64,000 bases of DNA from Mobula hypostoma. Its lineage: Eukaryota. Below the pieces are notes generated by a model. That model was not told where the DNA came from. It searched no databases and was given only the letters and a program-made list of their open reading frames with translations. The stretch covers positions 51,772,001 to 51,836,000 of the forward strand of contig NC_086108.1 of NCBI RefSeq assembly GCF_963921235.1, given 5' to 3'. Position numbers and translations under genes: made by a program. How positions within the stretch are numbered: position 1 is the first letter of the stretch; every line of letters begins with the position of its first letter. Shown here in pieces: positions 13,010 to 26,500 of the stretch.

Positions 13010-14338
13010 TCTAGACCTTTAACAGTATGGGAATCCCAATCAATATGTGGAAATTTGCTTAGTAATCTTTTTCATTTGTTGACTTGGACAATAAATAGTG
13101 GCTGGCTACTATGATGGTGTACAGTAGCACACGCCGAGACTTCATCTAAAACCCTTCAACGTACCTTTCATGAGGATACCAATTGGGAATTGTGGGATTC
13201 AGAGTTATAAAGTTATGGAATAATACAGCACGGAAACAGACCCTCCATCCCATCTAGTCATGCCAGCTACAGCATCCACAGTTGCCTGTTTTCAGCCCAT
13301 AACTCTCTATGTACCTATCTAAATGCCTCTTAAATGTTGCATTTGTATCTAACTCAACAACTTCCTCTGGAAGCTCAGTCCAGGTACTCATTACCCTATG
13401 TGTAAAGAAGTTACCTCTCAGGTCTTTACAAAATCTCTCCCTTCTTGTATCTGTGCCCTCTCGTTTTGGACTCACCAACCTTGGAGAAAAAGCTATGACA
13501 GTCCACCTTATTCATGCCCTTCATGAATTTATAACATTCTATGAGGTCACTCCTCATTTGCCTGTAAAGATACAGCATGGCCAACCTCTCCCTATAACTC
13601 AAGCCCTCTGGTCCATCCACCATCCCCATTAATCTCTTCTGCGCCCTCTCCAGCTTGACAATTTCAGATATTTTCAGCAGACTGTGCTTGTACTCCCTGG
13701 TCCCTCTGTTCCACTACATTTGACAGTGCCCTGCCATTTACTATATATGTCTTACCCTAGTTTGACAAGAATCAGCATTTATGAAAGTTGAAATCAATTT
13801 GCCATTCCTCAGACCCTCTCCTTAACTGATCAAGATTTCATTGTAACCTATTTCACTATCAACAAGACCCCCTAATTTTATATCATCAACAAACTTACTA
13901 ATAATGCTGTGTACATTCATATCAAAATCATTTACATAAATAATGAATAACAGAGGTCTCAATACTGACTCCCAGGCACTTCACCAGTCACAGGCATCCA
14001 GTCAGAGAACTGAGTTTCAGCCATCACTGTCTTTCAACTCTTAAGTCCCCCTGAATCCCATGCCACCTAACCTTCCAGATCTGTTTGCCATGTGGGCCTT
14101 TGTTGAAGACCTAAAGTTCATATAGACAACATCCATTGCCCCATGTTCATCTCTCCCTTTGCCTATCCCTGCTACCATTCTTCAACACTCCTCTGGAACA
14201 TCAGCAATGGCTAATGAAGCAAATTCCTCCAGAAGGGCCTCCGCAATTGCTTCTCAGGTTCCCATAATGTCTGATGGTGCACTTGGTCATGCCGCTTAGA
14301 TTTGCCCACCTAAATGTACTGCAAGGCTTCAAATACCT

Positions 14339-14473
14339 GATGTCTTGATGAAGGGTCACAGCCGGAAACTTCGATTGTTTACTCTTTTCCATAGATGCTG
14401 CCTGGCCAGCTGAGTTCCTCCAGTATTTTGTGTGTGTTGCTTGGATTTCCAGCATCTGCAGATTTTCTCTTGT
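14339..14473 (+). mobile_element. 135-bp Penelope-derived mini-element with decayed hammerhead
   Basis: gtc-TTGATGA-agggtcacagccg-GAAAC-ttc-gatt followed by the PLE terminal sequence; 11-bp TSD ttcaaatacct (14328-14338 / 14474-14484). Confidence 0.8.
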
Positions 14474-14848
14474 TTCAAATACCTCCTTCCTTGCACAATG
14501 CATATGATCTAAAATGTCACTCCTTATCCGTCTCATTTTGTTGGCATCCATGTTATTCTTCATAGTAAACACTGGGGAGGAGTGAACAGTAAAAATCTCA
14601 GCTACCTCCTCCAGCTCTGCAACTAGTTTAGCTCCTCTGACAGTTTTTAAGAGGACCTATTCTCTCCCTCATCAGGCTTATAATTTAAGAACCTCTTGGG
14701 ATTATTTTATTTTATTTAATTTATCTTTAACCCTGCCTGCCAAATCCATCTCACACCCTTTTTTAACCTTCTGAGATCCCTCTTATGGTTTAAACTTTTT
14801 ATATTTATCAAGGGATTAATTTTTACTAGTTACCTAAATGTGATGTAT

Positions 14849-15673
14849 AAACACAAGCAATTCGGCAGATGCTGAAAATCTTGAGCAACACATACAAAAT
14901 GCTGGAGGAACTCAGCGAGTTAGGCAGCAACTATGGAGAGGAATAAACAGGTCCACTACATGGTCCACTAACACCACAACAATAGTTAAGAAAGCACAGC
15001 AATGTTTGTTTTTCCTCAGGATGCTGAAGAAAGCTGGTCTACCTGAACAGATGCTGGTGACCTTTTACCGCTGCACCATAGAGAGCATCTTAACATACTG
15101 CATCACTGTGTGGTATCTCAGTTGTACAGCAGCTGATAGGAAAGCACTTCAGCGGGTCATCTCTAGCGCACAGAAGATTATCGGGACACAGCTCCCAGCC
15201 CTGAAGGACACTTAAAGCTCACGCTGCCTAAGGAATGTTACAAGCATCTGTAAGGACAATACACACTCATGCAATCACCTGTTTGAACTTCTTCCATCCG
15301 GCAGACGTTATAAGATTTTCTATGCCTGCACTTCCAGACTGAAAAATAGCTTTTTCCCCAGAGCTATAATTGCTCTGAATCAATGGATCAAGCATCATCC
15401 ATAAATTTGTTGTATTGCTACTTTAATACTGATTTTTTGGCTGTCATGCATCTGAGTTGCGCTTTTGTACTGCTGGACATTGCTTGTACTGGCTGGTTAC
15501 TTGATTTTATTTATTGTTTATTTATTTTATTTGTTGTTTTATAGCATTGAGTACGAGAGATGCAAACTCGTTTTCACTGTATTGGTGCATGACAAATTGT
15601 ACTATGCAATGACAATAAAGATATTTCATTTCAAAACAGTCAATGTTTTAGGTCAAGCCCCTTCATATGGACT
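14849..15673 (-). mobile_element. ~136-bp Penelope-derived mini-element split by a Rex1 insertion
   Basis: PLE terminal sequence at 14849-14950 continues at 15640-15673 (decayed hammerhead agtccatatgaagggg...aaaacattgact); 8-bp TSD tgatgtat (14841-14848 / 15674-15681). Confidence 0.75.
14951..15633 (+). mobile_element. Rex1/Babar-type LINE 3' fragment
   Basis: FFLRMLKK...TFYRCTIESILTYCITVWY...RKALQRVI is a typical Rex1 C-terminal region; (tttca)n tail; AAACAG TSD (14945-14950 / 15634-15639). Confidence 0.85.
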
Positions 15674-16699
15674 TGATGTATGCTTCCTTCTTTTTCCTTA
15701 CCAGAGGCTTGATATCCCTGGCAGCCAGAGTTCCCTGAACTTGGTATGTCTGCTTTTCAACCTAAAAGGAACATGCTGCCTTGGATCCTTGAGGTGATCC
15801 TTTTAAAAACGTCCCACCTGCCAATTATCCATTGGCTTTTAAATAGAGTCACCCTGTTGAACACAGCTAGGTCCTGCCTAATGCCTTCAAAATTGGCTCT
15901 GCTCCAATTCAGGACTTTAACCTGTGGATTTGTTCTGTCTTTCACTATAACCCAATGTTTTTCCCAACTGACACTCTAGTTATTTGGCCCGTCTCATTAC
16001 CTAAGTGAAGGTCCAGTATTGCTCAGTTCTGGATAGATTATCTATATATGCAAAAGAAAACTGTCTTGGATGCACTGCACAAATTTTGCCTCATTTAAGC
16101 CCTTCACACTCTGTGCGGCTCAGTCAATATTGGAGAAATTCAAATCTCTCACCAGCACTAGCCTACCATTCTCACAACTGTGTGCAATTTCTCAACACAT
16201 CTGCTCCTCACCTGCTCTTCCTTTTGAACCTCTTTTGTAGAAGCATCCTGATCCACTTATTACAAGCAGTTACGTATCAGCTGAATACTTTTATCTTGCT
16301 CTTTACTGGAACTGGCTTCCTTGATATGATTTACATATCAGAGTGATCCCACATAATCAAGAAGGGGATCACTCTTGTTATTTTTTATATGGTGTGAAAT
16401 TGTACTTTAAAATTTTTAAGCTGCTGTTGAATTTTGGACAATGCATCTACTCACTTTTTCTGTTTACATACCTCTAGACTATTTACGTATTCTACTTTTG
16501 TCTGTGCTTACCAATGCCTTGATCCTTTGCTGAATTTTGAAACTCTCTCAACCCTTAAGCTTCCTGATATTTTTGGAAACACATGTATATCTTTTGATCC
16601 AATACCATCTTTAAAATCTCTAGACTAAGAATAAGCCTACTATTTAAAAGAGGGAGAGAAACTATAAATCAGTAAGCCTGATGTTAATAGAAAGGAATC

Positions 16700-17750
16700 A
16701 TAGAATGGTTATAGAACTGAAGTAAGCCACGAGATCCATTGTGTCCATGTAGGTTCTTGACCAGAGCAAATCAATAGTTCCGCCCCTGACTCTCTCTGTA
16801 GTCTTGCAAAACCTTCTCCAGTATCTATTTATCCAGCTCCCTTTTGAAGGCTAACATGGAACCTGCCTCCATCACTGTAAGCAATGTGTTCTGGACTCCA
16901 AACATATGCTGCAATGAATCATTTCTTTTATCCTTCATTTTTTCCTGTAACCTTCAAGACTCAAGTCCTCCACAGACAGACTCCCACTATTCACTCTGTC
17001 CAGGCCCTTCGTTATTTTATATATAGCTATCTGGTCTCTCCTCAGCCATCTTTAAAGAAAACAATACCAGCTCTCTAATTTGGATTTATAACTGTGGATC
17101 CTCATCGAAGGAAACATTTATATGAATCTTTTCCAAACTCTTCCTAATGCCTTCATTCCTTTAATGAAATAATCAAAATTAAAGAGAATACTCCAGATGA
17201 GACCAGAATATTTTAATAGATATTCATTATGACTTTGCTACTTCTATACTTTGTGCCTCACTTAATAAACTTAATTTGTGCTTGACTTATTAACTGCTTT
17301 CTCAACTTATCCTGCCGCTTTCAATAACTTGTGAACCATATCCTCAGATTCTTTCACTCCATACCTCTTATAATATTCAATAATTTTCCTACCAAAATCA
17401 TCACCGTGCATTTCTTCATACTAACTTTCTTCTACCATTTCTCTGCTTCTTCCACATGTTTGTATCTTGCTGCAGCTTATCACATCCTCTTTGCTGATCA
17501 TAATACTTTCAAGTTAATGCCATCCACTAATTTAGCAACTGTGGCTTGCACCACCAAGTTTAGGGCATTAATAGAGATCAAAACAAGCACTGATGCCCTT
17601 AAAGAACTTCAATTCACTGCCTTTGAATCCAATAAACAACCATTCACCATGATCCTTGATTGTCCATTACTTAGGCAACTTTGTGTCCATGGTATCTATG
17701 AACGCTTTATGCTATGTGCTTCTGGATGTCAATATACACATGTCAACTAC
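16700..17750 (-). mobile_element. Old degraded CR1 LINE
   Basis: aatcatagaat tail and decayed CR1 3' and RT sequence. Confidence 0.55.
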
Positions 17751-18576
17751 ATTGATAAAGAATAGAATTGATGAAAGCAAAGAAATTCTCAAATTGGTTA
17801 AACACAATTTTACCTTTAACAAATTCATGCTTGTTCACCTTATTTAACCCACTATCCTCCAGACTATTAATCCTCCCCTCGATCAAGGTTTCTAAAACCT
17901 TTCCTACTATTAGGTTAAACTGGTTGAACTTTTTTGGAGCACATACTAATTCTTTAGCACCATTGCATTTGAAAGATTATTGGTAATTTGCTCAGAATTT
18001 TTTTTCATAATTTTCTTCAAAATCCCATCCTGTCTTTTTGATGTACCTACTATATATTGAACCAAGTTTTCTAATATCTTCATGCTATCACTTTCTAGAA
18101 TGGATAAGCCAGGTAATTTCAAGGATGAGTTCAACATCAGTGGAAGGGAAGTTAGAAGAAGCCCCGGAAGACAGGGTTAACTTACACGTAGAAAGGGAAG
18201 AATTAAGCAAAGATTATAACTATGGCTTTGATAGAGAGATACAGTCTGACTGATTTAATAGAATTATTTCAGAGGTGACTAAGAATATTGATGAGGAAAG
18301 TGATTCTGTTGTAATCTACATGGATTTCAGTAAAGCCTCTGACAAGTGTCCACATGGGAGAATGATCCAGAAAGTTTGCACCCATGGGATCTACAGCAAG
18401 TTGGGAAACTGGGTTTGAAATTAACTTGGTAATAGGAAGCAGTGTGAGATAGTGGAACATTGTTTTTATATGGGACGCTTGCTGTTCATCATTTACATTA
18501 ATATCCAGAACATGATCAGTAAGAAGGAAGGTTAGGTTACAGTGCAATATTGGTAAAATGGTCAGAGAAAGACAGG

Positions 18577-21163
18577 GCAACACACAAAATGCTGGTGGAA
18601 TGCAGCAGGCCAGGCAGCATCTACTGGAAGAGGTACAGTCAACATTTTGGGCTGAGACCTTTCATTGGGACTAACTGAAAGAAGAGATAGCAAGAGATTT
18701 GAAGGTGGGAGGGGGAGGGGAGATCTGAAATGATAGGAGAAGACAGAGGGGGAGGGATAGAGCTAAGAGCTGGAAAGTTGATTGGCAAAAGGGATACAAG
18801 GCTGGAAAAAGGGGAGGATCATGGGATGGGAGGCCTAGGGAGAAAGAAAGGGGAGAGGAGCACCAGAGGAAGATGGAGAGCAGGCGAAGAGTTATTATGA
18901 GAGGGACAGAGAGAGAAAAGAGAGAGAGAGAGAAAAAAGGGGAAAAATAATAAATAAATAAATAAATAAATAAATAAATGGATAAGAAGGGGAGGAGGGG
19001 CATTAATGGAAGTTAGAGAAGGCAATGTTCATGCCATCAGGTTGGAGGCTACCCAGATGGAATATAAGGTGTTGTTCCTCCAACCTGAGTGTGGCTTCAT
19101 CTTGACAGTAGAGGAGGCCGTGGATAGACATATCAGAATGGGAACGGGACGTAGAATTAAAATGTGTGGCCACTGGGAGATCCTGTTTTCTCTGGCAGAC
19201 AGAGCGTAGGTGTTCAGCGAAACGGTCTCCCAGTCTGCGTCGGGTCTTGCCGATATATAGAAGTCCTCACCTGGAGCACCGGATGCAGTATATCACACCA
19301 GCTGACTCACAGGTGAAGTATCGCTTCACCTGGAAGGACTGTCTGGGGCCCTGAATGGTGGTGAGGGAGGAAGTGTACGGGTATGTGTAGCATTTGTCCC
19401 GCTTACAAGGATAAGTGCCGGGAGGGAGATCGGTGGGAAGGGATGGGGGAGACAAATGGACAAGGGAGTCGCGTAGGTAGCGATTCCTGCAGAAAGCAGA
19501 AACAGCGGGGAGGGAAAGATGTGCTTGGTGGTGGGATCCTGTTGGAGGTGGTGGAAGTTGCGGAGAATTATATGTTGGACCTGGAGGCTGGTGGGGTGGC
19601 AGGTGAGGACAAGTGAAACCCTGTTCATATATAACCATATAACAATTACAGCACGGAAACAGGCCATCTCGGCCCTCCTAGTCCGTGCCGAACTCTTACC
19701 CTATCCTATTCCCATCGATCTGCACTCAGCCCACAACCCTCCATTCCATTCCTGTCCATATATCTATCCAATTTAACTTTAAATGACAACATAGAACCTG
19801 TCTCAACCACTTCTGCTGGAAGCTCGTTCCACACAGCTACCACTCTCTGAGTAAAGAAGTTCCCCCTCATGTTACCCCTAATTTTGTCCTCTAATTCTCA
19901 ACTCATGCCCTCTTGTTTGAATCTTCCCCACTCTCAATGGAAAAAGTCTAACCACGTCAACTCTAACAATCCCCCTCATAATTTTAAACACCTCTATCAA
20001 GTCTCCCCTCAACCTTCTACGCTCCAAAGAATAAAGACCTAACTTGTTCAACCTTTCTCTGCAACTTTGGAGATTAAACCCAGGCAACATTTTAGTAAAC
20101 CTCCTCTGTACTCTCTCAATTTTATTGACATCTTTCCTATAATTCGGTGACCAGAACTGTACACAATACTCCAGATTTGGCTTTACCAATGCCTTATACA
20201 ATTTCAACATTATATCCCAACTCCTATACTCAATGTTCTGATTAATAAAGGCCAGCAAACCAAAAGTATTCTTCACCACCCTATCCACATGAGATTCCAT
20301 CTTCAGGGAACTATGCACCATTATTCCTAGATCCCTCTGTTCGAAAGCATTCTTTAATGCCCTACCATTTACCATGTATGTCCTATTTTGATTAGTTCTA
20401 TCAAAATGTAGCACCTCACATTTTTCAGCATTAAACTCCATCTGCCATCTTTCAGCCCACTCTTCTAACTGTCCTAAATCTCTCTGCAAGTTTTGAAAAC
20501 CTACCTCATCATCCACAGCACCACCTATCTTAGTATCATCTGCATACTTACTAATCCAATTTACCACCCCATCATCCAGATCATTAATATATATATTACA
20601 AACAACACTGGACCCAGTACAGATCCCTGAGGCACACTGCTACACACCGTCCTCTAATCTGACACACAGTTATCCACCACTACTCTCTGGTGTCTCCCAT
20701 CTAGTCACTGCTGAATCCATTTTACCACTTCCATATTAATGCCTAATTAATCAATTAATTAATTCTTAATCAATTATTAATTAATTAACTAATTAATTAT
20801 TCCTAGTGGGGTGGCGGGAGGATGGGGTAAGAGCAGATGTGTGTGAAATGGGAGATGCATTTGAGAGTAGTGTTGATGGTGGAGGAAGGGAAGTCCCTTT
20901 CTTTAAAAAAAGGAAGACATCCCCTTCGTCCTGGAATGAAAAGCCTCATCCTGAGAGCAGATGCGGCAGAGACAGAGGAATTGCAAGAAGGGGATGGCAT
21001 TTTTGCAAGAGACAAGTTGGGAAGAGGAATAGTCCAGGTAGCTGTGAGAGTCCATAGGCTTATAGTAGACATCAGTAGATAAGCTGTCTCCAGAGATAGA
21101 GACAGAAAGATCAAGAAAGGGGAGGGAGGTGTCGGAAATGGACCAGGTAAATTTAAAGGCAGG
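18577..21163 (-). mobile_element. Penelope-like element (Neptune-like): RT C-terminus and GIY-YIG endonuclease, split by a CR1
   Basis: Minus strand encodes LKFTWSISDTSLPFLDL...YYKP.DSHSYL (RT C-terminus) and PGTYPCKRDKCYT...FTCESAGVIYCIRCSR..LYIGKTRRRLGDRFAEH (Cys linker plus GIY-YIG). Decayed hammerhead at ~18637-18672. Confidence 0.88.
19626..20746 (-). mobile_element. CR1 LINE (family C) 3' fragment nested in the Penelope element
   Basis: ORF 19878-20567 (ISKYADDTK...LEYCVQFWSP); (catataac)n tail. Confidence 0.92.
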
Positions 21164-21869
21164 AGTTGTTTAATCCTGATAAGTATGAAATGATGCACTT
21201 TAAGAGGACTAATTGAGCTAGGACACGTATAATCAGTATCAGTATTGAGGAACAAATGGACCTTGAGATATATGTCCTAAGATCACAGAACTTTGCAGCA
21301 CAGGTAGATATAGCTATGAAGGTAAATGGATAATTACCTTCATTAAATAGAGCAAAGAACATCAAAACAGAGGTGCTATAGTACAAGTGTATAAACCATA
21401 AGCGTGTCCTATCTGGGCTACTGTGTTGAGTTCTGATCTTCACCCGACAAGGGAGTGTGCAGAGTAGATTCATTGGGATGTTGAACGGGATGGAGGATTT
21501 TATTTATGAGGAGACACCAGATAGTCTAACTTTGTTTTTCTTGGAGTGGAGGAAGCTAAAGAGATAGCTAATTAATATGTAGAAATTTAGGAGGGACATA
21601 GATAGGGTATGTAATACGTAACATTTCTCCATAGTACAGATGTACAAAACCAGAAAGCATAGGTTTAAGATCTGGATCTACAGGGGATCTGAGGAAGAAA
21701 CTTTTATCAAGAAAGTAGTTGGAATCAAGAATGCTCTGCCCAACAGGGTGGTGCAGATAAGGTCTCATAATATGAATTGCCAAGAAATAGAAGACTAAGT
21801 GATGGAAAATGAGTGAGGATAGAGAACACTCAATGGTCAGCATGGATGTGATGTGCTGAATATCCTCTT

Positions 21870-22035
21870 AACAACACAGATAAAATGGAGGAACTCAGCA
21901 GGCCTGGCAGTGGCTATGAAAGATCGCAGCCTAAAACATCAACTGTTTACTCTTTTCTATAGGCCTGCTGAGTTCCTCCAGCATTTTGATGTGTTGCTTG
22001 GATTTCCAGCATCTGCAGATTTTCCCATGTTTGTA
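21870..22035. mobile_element. 166-bp fold-back Penelope-derived mini-element
   Basis: Perfect 20-bp inverted repeat (21886-21905 / 21961-21980); the forward copy starts at a decayed hammerhead; 11-bp TSD aat(a/g)tcctctt (21859-21869 / 22036-22046). Confidence 0.75.
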
Positions 22036-23514
22036 AATGTCCTCTTTCTGTGCTATCTAATGTTATGACTCTGGAAGATTTGAGGACAGGAGTATAGAGG
22101 TCTTATTGTAATTATTTATTTACCATGGAGGCAGTGCAGTAACAGTTTGCTGAACTGCTTACTGGAAATGGTGGGGTTGCTGAATGAGGCAAGATCGAGT
22201 AAACCAAGCTCATGTTCTCTAAATTTTGGAAGAATGGAAGGATATCTCATCAAAAATTACAGCATTCTAACAGGGCTCAACAGAATGGGTTCAGAGAGGG
22301 TGTCTTTTTTTGTTGAGAAGTCTAAAACTAGGATCACAGACTGAAAGTGGTGAACCATTTTGGACTGAGATGCATTTGGAATAAGTTCTAAAAATTACAG
22401 AAAAGAGATTAGCCAAATACTTTGTAAGTCCTTAACAGTAGGATAAAACACATTCCCATTGAAGCAGATTTGATGGGCTGAACAACCTAATTCTGCTCCT
22501 GTCTTAATAATACATGCCTTCACTGGTATGTCATACTTCTTTTAAACTAATAAGTACCTATTAAAATTAGAAAGAATCCACATTACTGCCATGGATCATT
22601 TACCTGATCCAACAAAAAATTTAAACCCAAGGTTAGAATTCTGGGAATGGGCATCACAGCCCATTGTCTAGAATTCCTTTTCCAAGCATAACATTGTAAA
22701 AATTCTGTTCCAAATGTGTAATACTCCCTTATTATCAGAGATCTTCTGCTATGCATATTAAATTACACAATTCATTGCCAAACAAGTCTTACATTTTGAA
22801 CTTTGACCAATTCATATGAAAATGGCCTCTTTACTTCTTTGGTGAAGTCATTAACCCATTTATTTTAAAACAGTTTAATTCCTTGTGAAAGTAAGAGTAC
22901 CCAACATTTTGGTTCCACCATTCTCCAAAGACTTGTCAAAGTTTACCGAGTGCTCCTGTCAGTATGCTTATTAACTTTGTTTTCTTATTAACAGACTTCT
23001 AGTTAACAGTGCAATTCCCATCCTTGTTTTCAAATCACTTCCTTTCATTGCCCCTCCTCATCTCACTAATCTCCCCAACCACCCTTAAATGTCTGTCTTT
23101 CTCTGGTTTTGGCAAACTGTATATCCCTGTTTATTATTATTACTCCACCATTAGCAATTCCGATTCACATGCTTTGAACCTGATGCATGACAGCATAGAA
23201 TGCGTGCTGTTGGTGTTTCAAATGAAAAATAATCATGAAACTTCCATTAACAGTGAGGAACAATCTCAACAACAACATTCTGAACAAAGACTTTATGAGT
23301 AACCCTTTGTATCCAGTACTTCAATTTGATCTTTCACACACATATGGACAATCCTATGCTGTATATAAAATTGGACAAAGATGACGTGGCCATCTTTTAC
23401 ATTGATTTAGGCACAAATCATATTCTGGTTCTAACACATATACAATCAAAATCCAAACTTATTATTAAAGTTCAAATTTCAAAGTAAATTTATTATTAAA
23501 GTACATATATGTTA

Positions 23515-26500
23515 CCATAGTACGCCATAAGATCCTGAAGCAGAAATAAGCCATCTGGCCCATCAAGTCTGCTTCGCCATTTCATTTTGGCTGATCCAAT
23601 TTTCCTCTCAGCCCCAATCTCCTGCCTTCTCCACATATCCTTTCATGCCCTGACCAATTAGGAATCAGGAATCTATCAACCTCTGCCTTAAGTATACATA
23701 AAGACTTGGCCTCCACAGCTGCCTGTGGCAAAGAATTCCACAGATTCACCAACCTCTGGCTGAAGAAATTCCTCCTCATCTCCATTCTAAAAGGACACCC
23801 ACTATTCTAAGGCTGTGTCCTCTGGTGTTAAGCTCTCCCGCCATAGGAAACATCCTCTCCACATCCACTCTATCAAGGCCTTTCACCATCTGATAGGTTT
23901 CAATGATGACACCGCTCATTCTTCTGAATTCTACTGAATACAGGCTCAGAGCCTTCAAACACTCTTCACATGACAAGCCATTCAATCCTGGAATTATTTT
24001 CATGAATCTCCTTTGAATCTTCAGTTTCAGCACATTCTTTCTAAGATAAGGGGTCAAAACCTGCTCACAATACTTCAAGTGAGGTCTCACCAGTGCTTTA
24101 TAAAGATTCAACATTATATCCTTGCTTTTATATTCTAGTCCTCTTGAAATGAATACTAACATCGCATTTGCCTTCCTCACCACTGACTCAACCTGCAAAT
24201 TAACCTTTAGGGAATCCTGCACAAGGATTCCCAAGTCCCTTTGCACCTCAGTTATATTGTATTTTCTCTCTACTTAGAAAATAGTCAACCCTTTCATTTC
24301 TTCTACCAAAGTGCATGATCATACACTTCCCATTACTGTATTCCATCTGACACTTCTTTGCCCATTCTCTTAATCTGTCTAAGTCCTTCTGTGGCCTCTC
24401 TACTTACTCAAAACTACCTGCTCTGCCACCTGTCTTCACATCGTCTACAAACTTTTCAACAAAGCTATCAATTCCATCATCGAAATGACTGACATATAAT
24501 GTTGTCAAGAGGCAGTTGGCTCACAAATAGAGAAAGCTTGGAGACAGTGTGAGAGGGGGGATAGGCAGGTGATAGAGAAGGGACATGCTCAGACTGACGG
24601 CTTGAGATGTGTCTACTGTAATGCAAGGAGTATTATGAATAAAACAGATGAGCTAAGAGCGTGGATCAGTACTTGGAGCTATGATGTTGTGGCCATTACA
24701 GAGTCTTGGATGGTGCAGGGGCGGGTATGGTTACTTTGAGTGCCAGGCTTTATATGTTTCAGAAAGGACAGGAAGGGAGGCAAAAGAGGTGGGGGTGTGG
24801 CACTGTTGATCAGAGATAGTGTCACAGCTGTAGAAAAGGAGGAAGACATGGAGGGATTGTCTACGGAGTCTCTGTGGGTGGAAGTTAGGAACAGGTAAGG
24901 GTCAATAACTCTAGTGGGTGTTTTTTTATAGACCATCCAATAGTAACAGGGACATTGAGAAGCAGATAGGGAGACAGATTCTGGAAAGGTGTAATAATAA
25001 TAGGGTTGTCATGGTGGGAGATTTTAATTTCCCAAATATCGATTGGCATGTCCCTGGAGCGAAGGGTTTAGATGGGGTGGAGTTTGTTAGGTGTGTTCAA
25101 AAGGGTTTCTTGACCCAATATGTAGATAAGCCTACAAGAGGAGGGCTGTACTTGATCTGGTATTGGGAAATGAACCTGGTCAGGTGTCAGATCTCTCAGT
25201 GGGAGAGCATTTTGGAGATAGTGATCACAATTCTATCTCCTTTACCACAGCATTGGAGAGGGGTAGGAACAGACAAGTTAGCAAAGCGTTTAATTGGAGT
25301 AAAGGGAAATATGAGGCTATCAGGCAGGAACTTGGAAGCATAAATTGGGAACAGATGTTCTCAGGGAAATGTACGGAAGAAATGTTGCAAATGTTCAGGG
25401 AATATTTGCATGGAGTTCTGCATAGGTACGTTCCAATGAGTCAGGGAAAGGATGGTAGGGTACAGGAACCATGGTGTACAAAGGCTGTTGTAAATCTAGT
25501 CAAGAAGAAAAGAAGGCTTATGAAAGGACTAGATAATGATAGAGATCCAGAAGATTACAAGGCTAGCAGGAAGGAGCCTAGGAAGGAAATTAGGAGAGCC
25601 AGAAGGGGCCATGAGAAGGCCTCGGTGGACAGGATTAAGGAAAATCCCAAGGCATTCTGCAAGTATGTGAAGAGCAAAAGGATAAGATGTGAGAGAATAG
25701 GACCAATCAAGTGTGACAGTGGAAAAGTATGTATGGAACCAGAGGAGATTGCAGAGGTACTTAATGAGTATATTGCTTCAGTATTCATTACGGAAAAGAA
25801 TCTTGGTGATTATAGGGATGACTTAAAGCGAACTGAAAGCTTGAGCTTGTAGATATTAAGAAAGAGGATGTGCTGGAGCTTTTGGAAAGCATCAAGTTAG
25901 ATAAGTCACTCGGACTGGGTGAGATGTACCCCAGTCTACTGTAGGAGGTGAGAGAGGAGACTGCTGAGCCTCTGGCGATGATCTTTGCATCATCAATTGG
26001 GGACGGGAGAGGTTCCAGAGGATTGGAGTGTTGCATATGTTGTTCCATTATTCAAGAAAGGGAGTAGAGATGGCTCAGGAAATTATAGACAAGTGAGTCT
26101 TACTTCAGTGGTTGGTAAGTTGATGGAGAAGATCCTGAGAGGCAGGATTTATGAACAGTTGGAGAGGGATAATATGATTAGGAATAGTCAGCATGGCTTT
26201 GTCAAAGGCAGGTCATGCCTTATGAGCCTGATTCAATTTTCTGAGGATGTGACTAAACACATGATGAAGGTAGAGCAGTAGACATAGTGTATAATGGATT
26301 TCAGTAAGGCATTTGACAAGGTACCCCATGCAAGGCTTATTGAGAAAGTAAGGAGGCATGGGATCCAAGTGGACATTGCTTCGTGGATCCAGAACTGGCT
26401 TGCCCACAGAAGGCAAAGGGTGGTTGTAGATCGATCATATTCTGCATGGAGGTCAGTCACCAGTGGTGTGCCTCAGAGATCTGTACTGAGACTCCTACTC

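Larger units (their letters stand above)
8523..13051 (-). mobile_element. CR1 LINE (family A), 5'-truncated and frameshifted; host of two nested insertions
   Basis: APE/RT fragments in ORFs 8699-9403, 9665-10015, 9877-10389 and 10405-11261; (aaccatag)n tail; AATTTG TSD at 8517-8522 and 13052-13057. The reading frame FPHIDWDSHTVKGLDG resumes after 13015. Confidence 0.92.
13205..16200 (-). mobile_element. Old degraded CR1 LINE with nested insertions
   Basis: CR1 ORF2 C-terminal remnants (RGNFFTHRV..W..LPEEVV) and endonuclease remnant (QVKVLNWSRANFEGIRQDL). Confidence 0.7.
18265..21869 (+). mobile_element. Old CR1 LINE (pieces 18265-18576 and ~21164-21869) interrupted by a Penelope element
   Basis: VIYMDFSKA.DK.PHG remnant before the insertion; FNPDKYEMMHF remnant after it. 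Confidence 0.6.

Noticed and set aside
18637..18672. Additional hammerheads (also 14341, 15638, 21915, 33254, 57859)
   Set aside because: Core substitutions or loss of stem I make them unlikely to be functional; they are counted only as remnants.
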